64,000 bases of DNA from Okamejei kenojei (GCA_035221665.1 CM069138.1:22506001-22570000); one strand, 5' to 3'. Shown: positions 11,251 to 24,131, counted from the stretch's first letter. Made by a program: numbers and translations. The notes: a model not told the origin generated them from the sequence alone.

Positions 11251-12889
11251 ACTTTTGCATTTTCAAACTACATTTTCAAACCACATTAAGGGCACTGACA
11301 GGTCAGTAAAACCACTCACAGTTTAGTTGACATGTGTTCAGTGTTATTCACAGCTCAGACTGAGAATTGCAACCTCTCGCTCTCCCATCTTGCAGAGAAC
11401 TGAGGCACCTCCACACCTCCGAGTTTTATAGTCCCTCCAGTAGGGGTGTGGCCTTCAGGAGAGAGAATCTCAACATTTTTTAAACTAATGACTCTTTTAT
11501 TTTTCATTGATGGGAAAAATCCTCTTGTCTTGCTCAGCGGAGGGGGGGGGGGGGGGGTCTGAATAAGATGGCCAAAAATCACAGCAGTAAGTGGCAGCGT
11601 TTTTTCTAAAATCAATATACAGTGCAACAGGAAATGGTCAAGATGAGACTTTCAGTAATATAGATTGCATTCATTGCAACGTGTAAAAAGAGTAGAGATA
11701 CTGGATTATAATTTAGCTGCATGTCATTGTGATATATATAATCTTGATTGGTGAATATGTTTAGTTTGTGACTTTATTTGAAGCAGAAATAATATGTGAA
11801 TGCTTCATTGAGCATAATTCCGACTGGTAACTACACACTTTGTCCGAGCACATTATCGCATGCGTCATGCAAGCTGTCGTAAATGACCACCTAAACTGTC
11901 ATTTGGCAACGTAAAAAGCAGCCTAGGTTGCCCGGCTGACAACAGAGAAAAGAAATTAAGTGAGAACCCTGCAAGGTGTATAATATTTTTGACACTGTCA
12001 TAGGCCTATCTTACATATGCTGTCACAACGCACTGTAGTCTCTAAACAACCCTTCAGTAATTTTCCCTGCCCCCCATTTCAGAATAATAGTTTTTTTAGC
12101 TGATAACTCGACACTAGCACTGGCAATAATACGCAGCTTTCCAGCCCCTTATCTCATTGACCACGCTCGGCTGCAAATCGGTGTCAATCTGGTGGAACAT
12201 CTTCCTCTAGTCATGGGGGTGGGGGATTGGGAGGGGCCTCACATGTGGAACAGCCTAGGGCCTCTCTTCATCTAAATCCAGCCCTGTATCCAGGAATGAA
12301 GAAGATTGTAAAAAGTGGTGAACACTGCCCAGCCTATCACGGGTATTGACTTCTCCACCATCAAAGGATCAACAGGAGTCGGTGCCTCATAAAGGGAGCC
12401 AGCATCATCAGAGACCCACGCTCTCTCATTTGGCTGGACTTATGGTGTTCAACGTGAAGCTGTGGTGAATAATAATAGGAGTCTGAGGTAGGTTTGGCAA
12501 AGGCTTGGCGAACAACGTAACCAGGAGGGAGCTGGAGAAGTCGGACGCAAGGGGAAAGGACCGGTGAAGGAGGGTGAACCGGGGTAATGCCTGCAGCGCC
12601 TTCAAGGTTGGCTGCAGGAGGTACACCCAGGACACATAGATGGCCAGAGAAGGAAAGGAGAGGAGAGGAATGATGCTCCAGTGTATCGAGCGTGGGGGCC
12701 GACTGGACATAATAGCGCCAATAATGTCGGCGCCCGCATGTGTAATATGTGCAAGAGGAATTTCTCTGTGCAGTTGCATATGTGACAAATAAAGCACTAT
12801 TGAGGTGTCCTTGTTAACCAGGTGTTGCAGAGCCAGGTTAATGGCATCTGCTGTGGACCTGTGGTGGTAGGTGAATTGCAATGGATCAA

Positions 12890-13042
12890 GACTAGATAGG
12901 GCTCTTAAAGATAGCGGAGTCAGGGGATATGGGGTGAAGTCAGGAACGGGGTACTGATTGGGGATGATCAGCCATGATCACATTGAATGGCGGTGCTGGC
13001 TCGAAGGACCGAATGGCCTACTCCTGCACCTATTGTCTATTG
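12890..13042 (+). mobile_element. CR1 LINE 3' end
   Basis: CR1 3'UTR gatgatcagccatgatcacattgaatggcggtgctggctcgaagg and (ctattgt)n tail. Confidence 0.85.
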
Positions 13043-13431
13043 ACTAAGACTGGAGTTATTGTGTGTCATGACCAGCCTCACAAAGCTACTGTGGAATATA
13101 AATAATGGTTCACGTCTGTTGGTCCCAGAGGCTATTTTCATGCTGTTTGTCCTTTTTCTCTGTTGGTTACACTTCCTAAATTTCTGCATATTATGAGTTT
13201 GCAGATTATATAGATTTGGCACTTAAAGGAAATGCACTGAATTGTTTTTTACTGTGCTACCTGTATGACCTGACCGAATTTTGCAGGAGAATGTTATCAT
13301 GAAATCTGAATTCATTTACATTGAATGAACCTTTTAAAAAAGCAATGAAAAATGAAGTTAGCTCTAAATAAAACCACACCAGCTATTTTAGTGGGACTAT
13401 TTGACTATTTAGTGGGACTATAAAATGATAA

Positions 13432-13748
13432 TGGGGCTGTCCCACTGTACAAGCTAATTCAAGAGTTTTCCCGAGTTTCCCATAATTCGATCTCAGAGAA
13501 TTACAGTAATAGCCGCTGGTAGGTACTCGGGGTTCTTGTGGACATTTTTCAATATGTTAATCAATCTTCACGCGTCTTCCCGAGCTTACCGCATTTCCCG
13601 AGTACCTGCCGTTAGCGTTACAAGCCACTAAGAGACGTCCCCAGCTCTGACGTACCCGCTATGTACACTCTATGTCCTTACCACAAATTTGATTTTTTTT
13701 AAAACTCGGGAGAGCTCTTGGGTGAACTCATACAGTGGGACTGGCCCA
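13432..13748. mobile_element. PIF/Harbinger-type MITE
   Basis: TIRs tggggctgtcccactgta / tacagtgggactggccca; TAA on both sides (3-bp TSD). Confidence 0.8.
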
Positions 13749-13843
13749 TAACTACTGACAAATTAACAGCTGAAGTTTGTTAAAACTCATTTGTATTAAA
13801 CATGAAAAACTTGAGAAACCAGTCCCTCATTAACTTGAGCAGT

Positions 13844-14452
13844 GGGGCAGCACAATGGTGCAGCGATAGAGTTGCTGCCTTACAGTGCCAGAGACCCGGG
13901 TTAGTTCCTGACCACGGGTACCGTCTGTACAGTGTTTGCATGTTCTCCCTGTGACTGCGTAGGTTGTCTCCGGGTTCTCTGCATTCCTCCCACATTCTTA
14001 AGACATGCAGGTTTGTGGGTTAATTGGCTTCTGTAAATTATCCCAAGTGTGTAGGATAGAACTAGTCTTTAATCTTTTTCTTTAGTCGTTAGCGATATAA
14101 TGTGAAAACGGGCCCTTCAGCCCACCAAATCCATGCCGACCAGTGATCATCCTGCACACCAACATTATCCTACATACTAGGGACAATTTTACAATTTTTA
14201 CCAAAGCCAATTAACCTACGATCCTGTATGTATTTGGAGTGTTGGAGGGAACCGGAGCACCCAGAGAAAATACACTTGGTCACAGGAAGTACATACAAAC
14301 TCCATACAGACAGCAACTGGAGTCAGGATTTTTTTGCACTGAAAGGCAGCAACTCTACCGCTGCGCCACCGTGCCACCCAGTGTTTGGGTGATTGCTGGT
14401 CGGGCCGAAGGGCCTGTTACCATGCTGTATCTTTAAACTAAACTAAACTGAA
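13844..14452 (+). mobile_element. V-SINE/HE1-like SINE with an antisense SINE (about 14080-14378) nested inside
   Basis: tRNA head and V-domain core; the CR1-like tail gggccgaagggcctg..(ctaaa)n resumes after the insert. Confidence 0.75.
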
Positions 14453-14949
14453 ACCCTGTGGACCATGGTCAAACTTGTAACGGGTTTTGGACAGGGGAGA
14501 GAGAAACTTTCTGGAAAAAGTCGAAAACTGAGTATGCGGGTAACCTCATTACTTCCTTTTCAGTGAAAATGCAAAAGCATGCAGGATAAAACAGAAATAC
14601 TTTCAAAGTAATTTACATTGTAATTTCCCTTTTCTGAAATATGTTACTTGACAGATTGCACAATTTCTTGTTCAGAGGCACCCTTAAATTTCTGCACGCT
14701 CAATGTAAATGAGTTCACCTGCCTTGTTGTCAATAGTACTTAACTCACGTGCATCAAGAAAGATTCAGAGTTAGCATTTAAAAATAAGCAGATGTGGTTT
14801 TCTTTAGAGCTGACTTCCTCTTCCACTGCTTGTTAGAAATACATTTACCAATGTGCATAAATTCAGATTTCAGGATGATATTATCTCTTGAAAAATTACT
14901 CATCACACATCTCCTCTCTGCCCAACTTAGGTCGCCTCATATAAAACTT

Positions 14950-15312
14950 CCCATTGAAGTGTCAGATTCCAATAGTGAAAGGCCTGGATGGAGTGGATGT
15001 GGAGAGGGTGTTTCCACCAGTGGGAGAGTCTAGGACCAGAGGCCAAAGTACCTTTATAAAAGAGATGAGGAGGAATTTATTTAGTCAGAGGGTGATGAAT
15101 CTGTGGAATTCATTCCCCCAAAAGGCTGTGGAGGCCAAGTTAATGGATATTTTTAAGGCAGAGATTGACAGATTCTTGATTACTACGGGTGTCAGGGATT
15201 ATGGGGAGAAGGCAGGAAAATGGGGTTGAGAGGGAAAGATAGATCAGCCATGATTGAATGGCCAAGTAGGCCTGCTGGGCTGAATGGCCTAATTCTGCTC
15301 CTATAACCTATG
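14950..15312 (+). mobile_element. CR1 LINE 3' fragment
   Basis: VKGLDGVDVERVFP..EMRRNLFSQRVMNLWNS followed by the 3'UTR. Confidence 0.85.
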
Positions 15313-15384
15313 AAGATTCATTCCACGTTGGATTGATCATCCTAAAAATGTCCAAAAATACTTACATGCTTGTATAAGGAGTAA

Positions 15385-18310
15385 GAGTGTTGTAAAAACA
15401 AGCCTGAAGGCTTTGTGTCTCAATGCAAGGCGCATTCAAAATAAGGTGGACGAGTTGAATGTGCAGATAGCTATTAATGAGTATGCTATAGTTAGGATCA
15501 CGGAGACATGGCACCAGGGGGACCAAGGCTGGGAGCTGAACATCCAGGAATATTCAATATTCAGGAGGGATAGACAGAAAGGAAAAGGAGGTGGGATAGC
15601 GTTGCTTGTGAGAGAGGAGATTAATGCAATAGAAAGGAAGGACATTAGCTTGGAGGATGTGGAATCGATATGGGTAGAGCTGCGAAACTCGAAGGGGCAG
15701 AAAACGCTAGTGGGAGTTGTGTACAGGCCACCTAAAGTAGTAGTGGAGTTGGGGATGGCATCAAACAGAAAATTCGAAATGTGTGCAACAAGAGTAAAAC
15801 AGTTATAATGGGTGACTTCAATCTACTAATATAGATTGGGTGAATCAAATGGGCAGGGGTGCTGAGGAAGAGGATTTATTGGAATGTATGCAGGATAGTT
15901 TTCTAAACCAACATGTAGAGGAACCAACGAGAGAGCAGGCTATTCTAGACTGGGTATTGAGCAATGAGGAAGGGTTAGTTAGCAGTCTTGTTGTGCGTGG
16001 CCCCTTGGGTAAGAGTGACCATAATATGGTTGAGTTCTTCATTAGGATGGAGAGTGACATAATTAAGTTAGAAACAAGGGTTCTGAACTTAAACAAAGGT
16101 AACCTTGAAGGTATGAGACGTGAATTGGCCAAGATAGACTGGCAAGTGATTCTTAAAGGGTTGACAGTGGATGTGCAATGGAAGGTATTTAAAGACTGCA
16201 TGGATGAACTACAACAATTGTTCATCACAGTTTGGCAAAAGAATAAATCAGGGAAGGTAGTGCATCCATGGATAACAAGGGAAATCAGGGATAGTATAAA
16301 AACAAAAGATGAAGCATACAAATTAGCCAGAAAAAGCAGCCTACCAGAGGCCTGGGAGAAATTCAGAGTCCAGCAGAGGAGGACGAAGGGCTTAATTAGG
16401 AAAGGGAAAATAGATTATGAAAAAAAACTGGCTGGGAACATAAAAACTGACTGCAAGTGTTTTTATAGATATGTGATGAGAAAGAGATTAGTTAAAACAA
16501 ATGTAGGTCCCTTGCAGTCAGAAACAGGTGAATAGCTCATGGGGATCAAGGACATGGCAGACCAATTGAATAGCTACTTTGGTTCTGTCTTCACTAAGGA
16601 AGACATAAATAATCTGCCGGAACTAGCAGGGGACCGGAGGTCAAATAAGGTGGAGGAACTGAGTGAAATCCAGGTTAGCCGGGAAGTGGTATTGGGTAAA
16701 TTGAATGGATTAAAGGGCAATAAATCCCCAGGGCCAGATAGTCTGTATCCCAGAGTATTCAAGGAAGCAGCCACAGAAATAGTGGATGCATTAGTGATAA
16801 TTTTTCAAAACTCCTTAGATTCTGGAGTAGTTCCTTAGGATTGGAGGGTAGCTAATGTAATTCCACGTTTTTTTTAAAGTGGGGAGAGAGAAAACGGGGA
16901 ATTACAGACCAGTTAGTCTAACATCGGTAGTGGGGAAACTGCTAGAGTCAGTTATTAAAGATGGGATAGCTGTACATTTGGAAAGTGGTGAAATCATTGG
17001 ACAAAGTCAGCATGGATTTACGAAAGGTAAATCATGTCTGACGAATCTTATAGAATTTTTCGAGGATGTAACTTGTAGAGTGGATAAGGGAGAACCAGTG
17101 GATGTTTTATATCTAGACTTTCAGAAGGCTTTCGACAAGGTTCCACATAAAAGATTAGTATACAAACCTAAACCACACGGTATTGGGGGTTCAGTATTGA
17201 TGTGGATAGAGAACTGGCTGGCAGACAGGAAGCAAAGAGTAGGAGTAACTGGGTCCTTTTCAGAATGGCAAGCAGTGAATAGTGGGGTACCGCAAGGCTC
17301 GGTGCTGGGACCCCAGCTATTTACAATATATATTAATGATTTGGACAAGGGATTTGAATGCAACATCTCCAAGTTTGCGGATGACACTAAGCTGGGGGTA
17401 GTGTTAGGTGTGAGGAGGATGCTAGGAGGCTGCAAGGTGACTTGGATAGGCTGGGGTGAGTGGGCAAATGCATGGCAGATGCAGTATAATGTGGATAAAT
17501 GTGAGGTTATCCACTTTTGTGGCAAAAACAGGAGGGTAGACTATTATCTGAATGGTGGCAAATTAGGAAAAGGGGAGATGCAACGGGACCTGGGTGTCAT
17601 GGTACACCGATCATTGAAAGTAGGCATGCAGGTGCAGCAGGCAGTGAAGAAAGCAAATGGTATGTTAGCATTCATAGCAAAAGGATTTGAGTATAGGAGC
17701 AGGGAGGTTCTACTGCAGTTGTACAGGGTTTTGGTGAGACCACATCTGGAATATTGCATACAGTTTTGGTCTCCAAATCTGAGGAAATACATTCTTGCCA
17801 TAGAGGGGGTACAGAGAAGGTTCACCAGACAGATTCCTTTGATGTCAGGACTTTCATATGAGGAAAGACTGGATAGACTTGGATTGTACTCGCTAGAATT
17901 TAGAAGACTGAGGGGGGATCTTATAGAAACTTACAAAATTCTTACGTGGTTGGATAGGCTAGATGCAGGAAGATTGTTCCCGATGTTGGGGAGGTCCAGA
18001 ACAAGGGGCCACAGTCTAAGGATAAGGGGGAATTCCTTTAGGACCGAGATGAGGAAAACATTTTTCACACAGAGAGTGGAGAGCCTCTGGAATTCTCTGC
18101 CACAGAAGGTAGTTGAGGCCAGTTCATTGGCTATATTTCAGAGGGAGTTAGATGTGGCCCTTGTGGCTAAAGGGATCAGGGGGTATGGAGAGAAGGCAGA
18201 TACAGGATACTGAGTTGGATGATCAGCCATGATCATATTGAATGGCGGTGCAGGCTCGAAGGGCCGAATGGCCTACTCCTGCACCTATTTTCTATGTTTC
18301 TGTTTCTATG
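15385..18310 (+). mobile_element. CR1 LINE, nearly full-length ORF2 (APE + RT), disabled by stops and frameshifts
   Basis: APE motifs CLNAR, ITETW, GVVYRPP, GDFN, LDWVL, SDH; RT motifs NYRPVSLT, YLDFQKAFD, GVPQGSVLGP, KFADD; (ttctatg)n tail. Confidence 0.95.
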
Positions 18311-18834
18311 CTGGCCTCTCGTACATTCCTCCTTGCTTTCAGTCAGTTATTGATGTTCATGTCTTTAACATGCACCTCTCATTACCCCCTCTTCCGCCCT
18401 CCCCACTCTTTCCGCCACTCTTCCCCCCCACACCCTGTCGAAGCTCTCTTCCTATCTCCTCCTTTTTTAAAACGTAATACTCTGATCAAGTGTTTCACAC
18501 AAGCATAGAACAGTACACACAGGGAAAGGTTCTTTGGCCCACCATATCAGTGTCGAACATGATGCCAATTTAAACTAGTCCCATCTGCCTGCACATGGTT
18601 TCACCATTCTCAACTTGTTATTGTCTTTGTCAAAATGACTATTAACTACCACTCAGATCTGCCTCCACCACTTCCCCTAGCAATGTGTTCCAAACACCTA
18701 ATACTCTGTGAATACAAGAACTTGCCTCATATATATTCTTAAACTTTCCTACTCTCATCTTAAATCCTTGATATCTAATATTAGACATTTCTACCCTGGG
18801 AAAAAAGACTCTGACTATTCTAACCAGTCTATGA

Positions 18835-20575
18835 TGCTGAAGTCAGGTGACTCTGCGTGCAGGTCCCAGAGGTGGATTTGTGATCATACATTACAATCGC
18901 TCCACTCATCTAAATCTTTATATCTACAGCAGCATTTCTTACTCTAACTATGCTCTTCTTACTCTCCTCTCTGACTCCTGGGACCAAAGGACCTCCCGGA
19001 ATGACGCTTGGAGCTGTGAGGACCCGACCAGTGAAGGCTAGCACAGCCAACTCAGACCCCAGGCCTGACCCATGCAAGAGCCAACGACGACACCAGTGAC
19101 TCACAGGGCCAATGTGCTGCCACCTGCTGAGTAAACAATGGAAGCGCACTGGGCTGTCAGTGCGGTTGAAGCAACGTTGTTTCAAGTCACCCCCAGCATA
19201 TAACTGGCTAATGTGCAGTCTATGGAGAACAAGCTGGATGAACATAAAGCAAGACTGACTTACCTCAGAGTTCTGAAAGACCGCTGTGTGCTCTGTTTCA
19301 CCGCTAACATACCTGACAGTGTCATTCTGCCCCAGAGCTTCTCCCTTCATCGGATGGAGAGCACGGCATTTTCAGGCAAGGCTAGAGGCGGTGGGGTCTG
19401 CTTCCCAATCAATATCTCGTGGTGCTAACAATCCCCGGACCTGGAATGTTTGACTGTGAAGTGCTGACCCCATTACCTGCCCAGGGAATTCACCCCAGCT
19501 ATCCTGACAGCAGTCTATGTTCCCCTCCCCCTGCGGATGTCAACCTTTGTCTGACTGATTTGTACTTTGTTACCAAATAGCCTTGAGACAAAATACCCCA
19601 AAGCCCTGGTCATTGTAGCCAGGGACTTCAATCAAGTGTGTACTATCAAAATAGTATCAGCATGTCCGTTGTCCTTCAAGGTTCACGGTAAATGGTAGGG
19701 AATTGAGGAATGCTGTGGAACAGAGGGATCTAGGAATAACTGTGCATAGTTCCCTGAAGGTGGAATCGCATGTAGATAGGGTGGTAAAGAAAGCCTTTGG
19801 TGTGCTGGCCTTTATAAATCAGAGCATTGAATATAGGAGTAGGGAAGTAATGTTAAAATTGTACAAGGCATTGGTAAGACCAATTCTGGAGTATGGTGTA
19901 CAATTTTGGTCGCCTAGTTATAGGAAGGATGTCAACAAAATAGAGAGAGTACAGAGGAGATTTACTAGAATGTTGCCAGGGTTCCAGCAACTATGTTACA
20001 GAGAAAGGTTGAACAAGTTAGGTCTTTATTCTTTGGAGCGCAGAAGGTTAAGGGGGGACTTGATTGAGGTCTTTAAAATGATGAAAGGGATAGACAGAGT
20101 TGACGTGGATACGTTTTTCCCATTGAGGGTAGGGAAGATTCAAACAAGAGGACATGACATGAGAATTAAGGGACAGAAGTTTAGGGGTAACGTGAGGGGG
20201 AACTTCTTTACTCAGAGGGTGGTGGCTGTGTGGAATGAGCTTCCAGCAGAGGTGGTGGAGGCAGGATCGATTTTAACATTTAAAAGTAAAGTGGATAGGT
20301 ATATGGACGTGAAGGGAATGGAGGGGTATGGTCTGAGTGCAGGTAGATGGGACTAGGGGAAAACAAATGGTCGGCACGGACTGGAAGGGCCGAGAGGGCC
20401 TGTCTCCGTGCTGTAATTGTTATATGGTTATATGATTATAAGGGGCCAGAACACATAAAACAATACACCTACTGCTCCATTCCCCAGCCACATTTCGAGA
20501 GATCTGACTATCTAGCTATAATTTTACATCCTGCCTACAAACATAAAGTGAGGCATGAATATCCGATACAGACAT
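18835..20575 (+). mobile_element. Rex1/Babar LINE 5' (APE) fragment, interrupted by CR1
   Basis: NVQSMENKLDE..CVLCF..GGGVCF; IP.PHF.RSD continues after the CR1 insert. Confidence 0.7.
19685..20435 (+). mobile_element. CR1 LINE 3' fragment (young subfamily)
   Basis: 217-aa ORF 19703-20356 is nearly identical to 61374-62132; (tatggt)n tail. Confidence 0.9.
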
Positions 20576-20589
20576 GCAACAGGCTATCA

Positions 20590-21150
20590 ATCAGTTACAG
20601 ATATGGGTGGAGAAATGGTGGATGGAAATTAATGGAGATTGATGAAATGTAAGGTGTTGCACTTTGGAAGGTCAAATGCAAAGGGGAAAGTGTACAGTTC
20701 ATTGCAAGACATTTAATACAATTCCATAGCTCCCTGAAAGTAGCAAACCATTAGATAAAGAGGTAAAGAGGGCATACGGTATACTTGCTTTCATTAGTTG
20801 GGGCATTGAGTATAAGAGTCAGGAAGTCATGTTGCAGCTTTATGTAACTTTGGTTAGGCCACATTTGGTTGCTCCATTACAAGAAGGAGGCTTTGGAGAG
20901 CTTTGCCAGTATGATGCAAGGATTAGAGGGTATTAGCTGTGAGAAGAAGTTGAATAATCTTGGATTATTTTCCATGGAGCGCCTGAGGCTCAGCAGCGAA
21001 CCAACAAAAGTATATAAAATCATGAGAGGCATCAATTGGATGGACAATCAGAACTTCTTCTCAGACAGAGATTAGTTTAAATAGGCATCGTACTCAACAT
21101 GGATATTGTGGCCCAAAAGGCCTGTTCCTGTGCTGTACTGTTCTCATGTT
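20590..21150 (+). mobile_element. Old CR1 3' fragment
   Basis: Degenerate C-terminal ORF2 (LGLFSME..VYKIMRGI) and 3' tail. Confidence 0.7.
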
Positions 21151-22699
21151 CAATGTTGAAATGACTATTTGTGGAAGTGTATTATTGTGGCACTAATCAT
21201 AAATCAGACAAATTTAGCCTAGTCATTGAAAAGGACAAGAACAAACTATAAAAAAAGAATGATCAAAACAATGATATGCCCAGATTTACTCAATGGAGAA
21301 GAGACTTAGCAAATGGTAGTCTGCTAAATCACCTGTTAGTCTAAGTGTGAAGGTGAAGGATGTGAGAAAGGTTAGAGTCACTGACACACACAACACAATT
21401 ACAGACCCTTCAGTCAACCATCATGTACCCATCCGTACTAATCCTATATTTCTCACGCATTCCCATCAACTCCATCCTCTGTTAATGATTCTCCTTCCAT
21501 TGAACTATACCAGGACGACTTACAGCAGCAAGTTAACCTCTCAACACAATATCTCTGAGGTGTGGAAAGAACCCAGAGTACCCGGTGAAACTGCAGATGC
21601 TGGTTTACACCAAAGACAAACACAAAATGTTGGAGTAACTCAGTGGGTCAGGCAGCAACTATGGAGAAGGGAAATATGTGATGTTTCAGGTCGAGATCCT
21701 TCTTCAAACTGAGAGCGGTCGAGACCGGTCATCAAATTGAGAAGAAGGGTCTCGACCCAAGCAACCGCCTTGTCAATGCTTGGTCTCACCAATATGACAA
21801 TCATCCCCCGACGTGGGTAGCTGAGATTTCCCCTGATGCAGGAGCTTGATCGCCTCGACAAGGAAGGCCAGCCATAAAAAAAGTTACGGAAAAAAGCCCC
21901 ACTATAAAAAAAAGGCCCACGATAAAAAAAGTTATATATATATATATATATATAACTTTAGGTTTTAAAACTCCAGGTTTTACAATGGGGACCAAGTATG
22001 AAAATGGCCATAACTTTTTTAATACTGAAGATATGTAAGTGATTTAGGTGTCAAATTAAACTTTTTATGCATTATCTGATGGGATAAATTGCAGACTTGA
22101 TTTTTAAAATCTCAAAATTTTGTAACATTGCTAGATTATTAGTTTGCATTTATTGGGCCTTCATTAAATGCGACTGAATTGAGGAGAGATCGAAGTACAG
22201 CATGTTGTGGAGACTGGAGTCATACAGAGGCCAAGCCTGGTCTGGGTGGCATGTCTCCTCCCCTGGGGCTCATTGGTGGTTTCTGCAACAACCCGGTATT
22301 TTCATTATTAGGAAAAACCTTTTCTGCAACAACCCGGTATTTTCATTATTAGGAAAAACCTGTGCCTGATACCAATATGTGCCATAGCCCCAATGAGGCC
22401 TCCTCTGCATCAGGAAAACTAAGCATCGACCAGGCGACCATTTCCTCACACACCTGTGCTGTGTCCGCCAAGAGCTGCTACAGCTCTCCATTGGCCATTT
22501 TAACTTTCCTTCCCAATCCCATACCAACCATTCTCTACTGCTAGAGAGAGGCCACAATCAAACTGGAGGAACTCCAAGAACTGGAGGAATGGCATCTTAT
22601 TTTCTGCATTGGTAGCCTTCAACTAACCCTACAATGCTCCAATTACAACAAAGAAATCCCCATACCCTGCTATCCCTACCCCAATTCCCAGTTGCCACA

Positions 22700-23690
22700 C
22701 CTTTTTCCTCCTCCACCTTTACATTTCACTCCTACTCTTTTCTTATGTGACACACTTTGTCTCCTTTTCACCTCTGGCCTTGGTCACGTACGCCACCCAC
22801 CTGCCTATCAACCCCCTCAACTTTTGACTGTACTTTGGTACATGTGACAATAAACTAAACTAAACTGCCAAACCCCTACGTCTGATTCTCAGCTTACTTC
22901 CTCCAACTCCATCAGTCTGAGGAAGGGGACCGACCTGAAATGTCGTCAGTTCATTTACCTCCACAGATGCTGCCTGACCAACTGAGTTCCTCCAGCACTT
23001 TGTTTTCTGTTCATGATTCCACCATCTGCAGTCACTCGTGGTCCCATGCTGTGTAGGACAGCGGATATGAGTGCAGGATATTCACAGTTTGGTCCATGGT
23101 GGCAAGTGTGGAGATGGTTGAACTGTGCAAAGGGATTTTGACAGTCACCCACTCGACAGAGGTTGTGAACTTTGGGCTGAGAGGAACTGCAGGCTGTTGC
23201 CAGCGAGACCTCAGTGTGTGGAAGTAAGACTGTGGTTGGTGAACACCAAGGGAGTAGAAGAGCATTTATGTGGCATTGAACATTGAAATGGGGTAGAGGA
23301 ACTGAACGATCTATGGTGTCGAGCATGAATGGGCATGGTGACTCCATGTGTAGGCTTGTGATAAAAATGGGAAATATAAACAAAAGAGGAAAGGCTTTAC
23401 AAATATAAAGAAGTTAGTAAATGGCCTTGAACTAGAAACAAAGTGTGCTGGAGGTAGTTACTGGCTCGGGCAGCATCTGTGGATGGACAATTTGTGTTGG
23501 AACCCATGTTCAGACATATGGAGTAGGGGGGAGAAAGGTAGAAAAAAGCAATAGGGATGGGGCAAAACCTGGCAAGTGAAATATAGTAATGGTTTGAATT
23601 TCGACATCTTAGTATAGTTTAGAGATACAACACAGAAAGAGGCCCTTCGGCTCACCGAGTCCTCGCCAACCAGCAATCCTTGTACACTAT
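22700..23690 (+). repeat. Left arm of inverted duplication (partner about 26820-27665)
   Basis: Its reverse complement aligns across PLE-derived, unique and SINE-derived parts. Confidence 0.85.
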
Positions 23691-23934
23691 AGCACAGTAT
23701 GAGTCACGGGCAAACTCACCAGAACTCGTGGTAGAGGTCGCCCAAGTGCGACAGGCCCTTATGCATTGGCGTTAGGGGATTGTCGTTCAATAGGCTGAAC
23801 AAGGGTGCTGTTAGGGATCTAATCTTTTGGCTCTATTGGCTACCCTAGTCCAAAGACCTAGAAGGGGGGGGGGGGGGGGTGGGGGATGGGAGAGTGGGGG
23901 GCTTTTGTAGGGGAAAGAATATTGAAGGCTAATG

Positions 23935-24131
23935 GGTAGTTGAGGCCAGTTCATTGGCTATATTTAAGAGGGAGTTAGATGTGGCCCTTGTGGCTAAGGG
24001 GATCAGAGGGTATGGAGAGAAGGCAGGTACGGGATACTGAGTTGGATGATCAGCCATGATCATATTGAATGGCGGTGCAGGCTCGAAGGGCCGAATGGCC
24101 TACTCCTGCACCTAATTTCTATGTTTCTATG
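23935..24131 (+). mobile_element. CR1 3' end
   Basis: Near-identical to 18108-18310. Confidence 0.9.

Larger units (their letters stand above)
9610..11664 (-). mobile_element. Composite non-autonomous Helitron
   Basis: Minus-strand 3' end = subterminal hairpin (gggaccc-gtt-gagtgcc) + CTAG at 9610-9613; 5' ends TCTATATTACT at 10963 and 11664; sits between A and T with no TSD; internal minisatellites. Confidence 0.8.
6355..12286. mobile_element. hAT-type non-autonomous DNA transposon shell with nested insertions
   Basis: 14-bp imperfect TIRs cagagcccgattta / taaatccagccctg; 8-bp TSD catccagg (6347-6354) / tatccagg (12287-12294); the flanks rejoin into a Rex1 fragment. Confidence 0.8.

Noticed and set aside
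13844-13915. tRNA-like sequences (also 8155, 24968, 26600)
   Set aside because: SINE heads continuing into SINE body and tail; no complete cloverleaf.
21870-22133. Possible DNA-transposon end (..tgtaacattgcta)
   Set aside because: No partner TIR or TSD found in the window; cannot be classified.
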